Assembly: GCA_013239625.1 (NCBI GenBank)
Contig: MU054323.1
Coordinates: forward strand, 4,132,214-4,196,213
Direction of reading: 5' to 3'
Length of the DNA: 64,000 bases
DNA from: Lama guanicoe
Lineage: Eukaryota
The first letter of the stretch is position 1, and each line of letters opens with the position of its first letter. Below the pieces are notes generated by a model that did no database searches, had not been told where the DNA came from, and saw nothing but the letters and a program-made list of their open reading frames with translations. Positions 60,304-64,000 of this stretch are shown here, piece after piece. The position numbers and the translations under genes are program-made.

Positions 60304-60743
60304 TGTGGAGAGACTCTTTTATGGGTCTCTTGTGCTTCTATACATCTTGCTCGATATGCCAGGATTGTGAGGCCTTGAACGCTCTTTTTCTGGGCCATTT
60401 TTCAAGGTTTGTTTGCAGCAAGTAACCTTGAGGGATTAGGTAATGTCTCCTCCAAGATAGAGAGCAGGTTTTCTTGCACATTCTTATAAAAAGATGGGTT
60501 CTGAGGCTCAGTACTCCTCTCTTGTAATGCAGCCCACTTCCTATGCATCTATCTAGGTCCACCTGCGCTGCCCCTGAGGGAATGGAGGCTCTGTGATCTG
60601 TGCTGACCCTCTGGCCACTGCTTTTGTTGTGAGTAACAAAGGCTTTTGTCTCTGACTCGAGAAAGCCTTCATGAAATTGTGGCAAGTTAACTTGTTAGCT
60701 TGCAAGATAGGGTAACATCTCAGACCATTCGCAGACCCTGACA
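60304..60743 (+). mobile_element. ERVL-class solo LTR (MER76-like)
   Basis: TG...CA bounded; TATAAAAAG box; TGTGAGTAACAAAGGCTTTTGTCTCTGAC; ends GTTAGCTTGCAAGATAGGGTAACATCTCAGACC...CCTGACA. Confidence 0.75.
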
Positions 60744-61759
60744 GTCAACGTGTAATGCTGTGGTTGCCTTTCCCTTCCCCTGTCTACTCTGAAGATATAG
60801 TTCTTCTTAATGGAATGTCCTGTTCTCCTGTATACTGTCCTGTGTAGGCTACAGTCTGAGTAGAAGCCTTCTTTCTTAAGATCTCAAGAAGCATAGTCTA
60901 TGTTTGCCCTCTAAGAAATAAAATGCCGCGCATAAATCCCTGTTGTGCCAGGTCTCCTCTCTCCTGAATGTCCTTCATGAGTGCTGGCTCCTTCATCCCT
61001 TGTTGGCAGGGTAGACAGAATCTGATGTGTGGCTAATGATTGCTGCCTAAGTCTCACACGTTGAATTTTTTGACACTATGCACTGGGGCGAAGTTGAGGT
61101 GTGTTATTAAGTGTGCACTTTTGGGCCCTGTCCCCAAATTCAGACTCAGGTTATACCAGAAGCTGTGTCTTTGGAAGTTGCTTTGATGGTGGGGCACCAG
61201 ACACTGATTTGTAGGCACTGCTGTGTTTTGATAGGTACACATGGACACACATAAGGATGAGCTGATGAGCAATTGCAGCTCTCCCTTCTAGATCTTCTTC
61301 TCTCCTGTCCAGCAGGAAATTGTCATGTTGTGCTTGTTTTGAGAAGGAATGTGGTTCCTCTCCAGCTGGTCATACCCCTTCTCCAGCTGCAATGCTTGCT
61401 GTCATCATTATGTCCTACTTCTGAGGGGCGGGCCTGGTAAACACGGCTACAACTATTTCAACCATCACCAATTGCGGTTCTTCACATGGTAATTGATTCC
61501 TATGTACTGGGTACCTTAAATCTGTGCTCTTTAAAGTACACAGCAACCATGAGAAGGGGGTATCACACTGCTCACTTTATCCCAAGGAGTCAGGAACTAA
61601 CTCAACAGGACTACATCGCTTCTGAGTACCAAAGCTAGGATTATAGCCCAGAGCTGTCTGAGTTCAAACCCTTTCCTTCTGGTGCTGGTGCCTCTCTAAT
61701 CCTGCTTTCTTCATAAAGGCTCAGCAAGATGAGACGTGGTCTGTGAGATTCGTAAAGAC

Positions 61760-63130
61760 TGTCATTCCATAGTTTAAACACCTCTGAAGAATCCATATCT
61801 CTCACAGAATATAGTCCAGTCTTCCTGCCTTTCAGTCGATTCCTCTTTCCAGCTACATTATCTACTGTTTACCCACAAGCAGACCTTAAACCTTAGCCAA
61901 ATGTAAATATTAATAATTCCCTGTAGCGTTATCAATTTTTCTCACTATGCTTTCAATCAGGCACCCTCAGCTTCAAATAGTCCACTTTTTCTCTAAAAAT
62001 CTCCTAAAATCCTACCCATCTTTAAAGATCTTAAATCAAGTACAACCTCTGTGAAGCCATTCCTGATCTGAAAACTGAATGTGAACTTTCTTTTCGACAT
62101 GGCAGTTCTGTTCTGCACTTTAAGGCCCTGGTTGCACACTGCTTTAGTGCACCCATCTCCTTAGAGACTACGGGTTTCTGAAAAGACAGTTGTTCCAGAA
62201 GCCCGGATCTCTTGCGCTTTGGATCCATATATGCTCCTGCCTACTAGGTCTCTTCCCTTAGGAACTCTGCTGGGTGTCTTAACCTCAGTACAGCCAGAAC
62301 TGAGCTCCTAACTCCCTCCCAAACTTGTGCCTCCCCTAGCGCTCCTCATCTCAGTGAAGGCTCTCCTACGCCCGTTTGCTCAAATCAGAAATACAGATGC
62401 CATCACTGAGCCCTTTTTCTCCATCAGTTGTCACATCCGGTCATTTAATTCTACTGCATTTATTTCTTGAATACTTCTCAAATCTAAAACTTGATCTGTA
62501 TTTTTATTGTAATTTCCCAAGTCCAAGTGGCCATCATTTGCTATCATGGCAGCCTTCCTTCTGATCGACCTCCAGACTTTAGGTTTGCCTCATCTAAACT
62601 GACCCTCACTACCAGAGTCAGAGGGAGCCCTAAAAAAAAATGCAAACCTGACATGTCAGTCTCCTACTCAGAAAACTCTCCTGCTCAGGAATTGCCCTTA
62701 GAATAAAATCTAAAGGAATGGTTTACATGCCTTTTCTTTGCGTGACTCTTTCATACCTGTCTAGCCGTATCTTTCAGCATTTCTCCCTTTTTCCCTTTAT
62801 GCTTTGGCCATTCTAAACCCCATTCCATTCTTCCGAAAAGCAGTGGTCATTCTCACATGTTGTTTTCTTTATCTCCATGATACGCTGCGTCTGCCCCTCC
62901 CCAGCATATACATTTTTGTCTGGCTACTCCTGTGCTGTCTCTCAGTTTAGATATAACTTCTGAGAAACTTTCTCTGACCTCACGAAGACTGGGTTGGTGC
63001 TCTTCAATTCCTCTTTAACTCTCTCTACCCTTCCCATCACAGTAAAATGTTAAGAGATTTTGCTTTAGTGTCCTATCTCCCTCGCTGTACTGATTAGAAC
63101 ATATCCATTAAAACTGAATGTCCATGGAAT
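61760..63130 (+). mobile_element. L2 fragments
   Basis: CAGAACTGAGCTCCTAACTCCCTCCCAAAC...TGCAAACCTGACATGTC...CCCTTAGAATAAAATCTAAA...CTTCTGAGAAACTTTCTCTGACC, L2 3' region. Confidence 0.7.
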
Positions 63131-64000
63131 TTTTTCTGCATTTTGTCTGGGGATTCATATAGTTATGAACCTCCATGGAGCCTAGTGCATGGAAGGCATA
63201 CTAAAAATTGTCCTTTTGCTTAGTTGAGAAGAAGACAGGCATTTCCAATCTAAAATGCTTGCACCTTGTCACACAGATTATTGGAGATATTCTCGAGTCT
63301 TTTAATTACCATAGTTTTTTGTTTATTGTTGTTAAATTAATACTGTCTTGATGGCAAGCAAGGGTTAATAGCTATTTAAAAAAGACCCAGGGAAAGTAGG
63401 AAAGAACATGTCTGTGTTCACGATGACATTAATTTATGAGAAAGGGTTGGAGGAACAAGCCAATCAAATACTGGATGCCAAATTACCATATATCATGCAA
63501 TTTACGAGGCAGTCAAAAGTGTTATTAAATTGGAGACCAGAACAACCTTCTTAATTCATCCTTATGACAGTGATTGTAATGACTCTAAGAACCTGGTTTA
63601 ACCTGAGTTCATTTTATGAAAGGTCTTTCATTTTTAAGCATTACATTTATTGAATTTACAAGAAAGCTTGTCTTAAAATGTATACAGTTACTGCCTAATA
63701 AAAATGCCTCAATAATAAATCCATATTCAATACCTGGGTCAACATCAGCATCCATGGGGGGCATGCAGTGGATTCTGGTTTTCAAAAATCTGGTATCAAT
63801 GTGTTTTTCTCTTTATCTCTATAAAGCAAAATAATTAATCTTCAGATTTCACTATAGTAATCTTGCCTACCCCCCCCCCCCGTTTTATGCTCCCATGGCC
63901 TCAGTTTCCCTCACCAGAACCTAATTTTTCTATTCTGGTAACTCTGGAGGAGTCAGTCTGCTGGCCAGCAGTGAGCCCCTCCTTAGTCGTTTTGCTTTGC

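Noticed and set aside
1..64000. CRISPR array, tRNA/rRNA genes, NUMT, or non-retroviral endogenous viral element
   Set aside because: I saw no regularly spaced direct repeats with spacers, no cloverleaf or rRNA signature, and no mitochondrial or viral protein motifs. Highly decayed copies could escape reading by eye.

Overview
Mammalian (eutherian) genomic DNA with no intact protein-coding gene, RNA gene or CRISPR array that I can support. The repeat content suggests a cetartiodactyl, most plausibly a camelid (inference): artiodactyl-type L1 3' ends are present, and I saw no Alu, B1/B2, Can-SINE, PRE-1 or Bov-tA/BovB. Bases 1-28.4 kb are AT-rich and dense in transposons: a young CpG-rich L1 5' UTR at 1-1478 (minus), older L1M, L2, MIR, MLT1/MLT2, MER20B and MER5, with several nested insertions that keep visible target-site duplications. 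Bases 28.5-64 kb are poorer in L1 and carry enhancer-like motif clusters (CRE, MEIS/TALE, RFX X-box, posterior-Hox/Cdx). The main result is hidden between the repeats at about 2.6-13.7 kb on the + strand: about 13 decayed, splice-site-bounded exons, largely missed by the ORF track. Read through stops and frameshifts, their translations resemble successive segments of the CCDC162 (C6orf183/C6orf184) coiled-coil protein family in the correct order. This looks like an intron-containing (possibly unitary) pseudogene of a divergent CCDC162 paralogue. The family match rests on my recollection of the CCDC162 sequence and needs a BLASTX/HMM check. Repeat subfamily names and most repeat boundaries are by eye and approximate.
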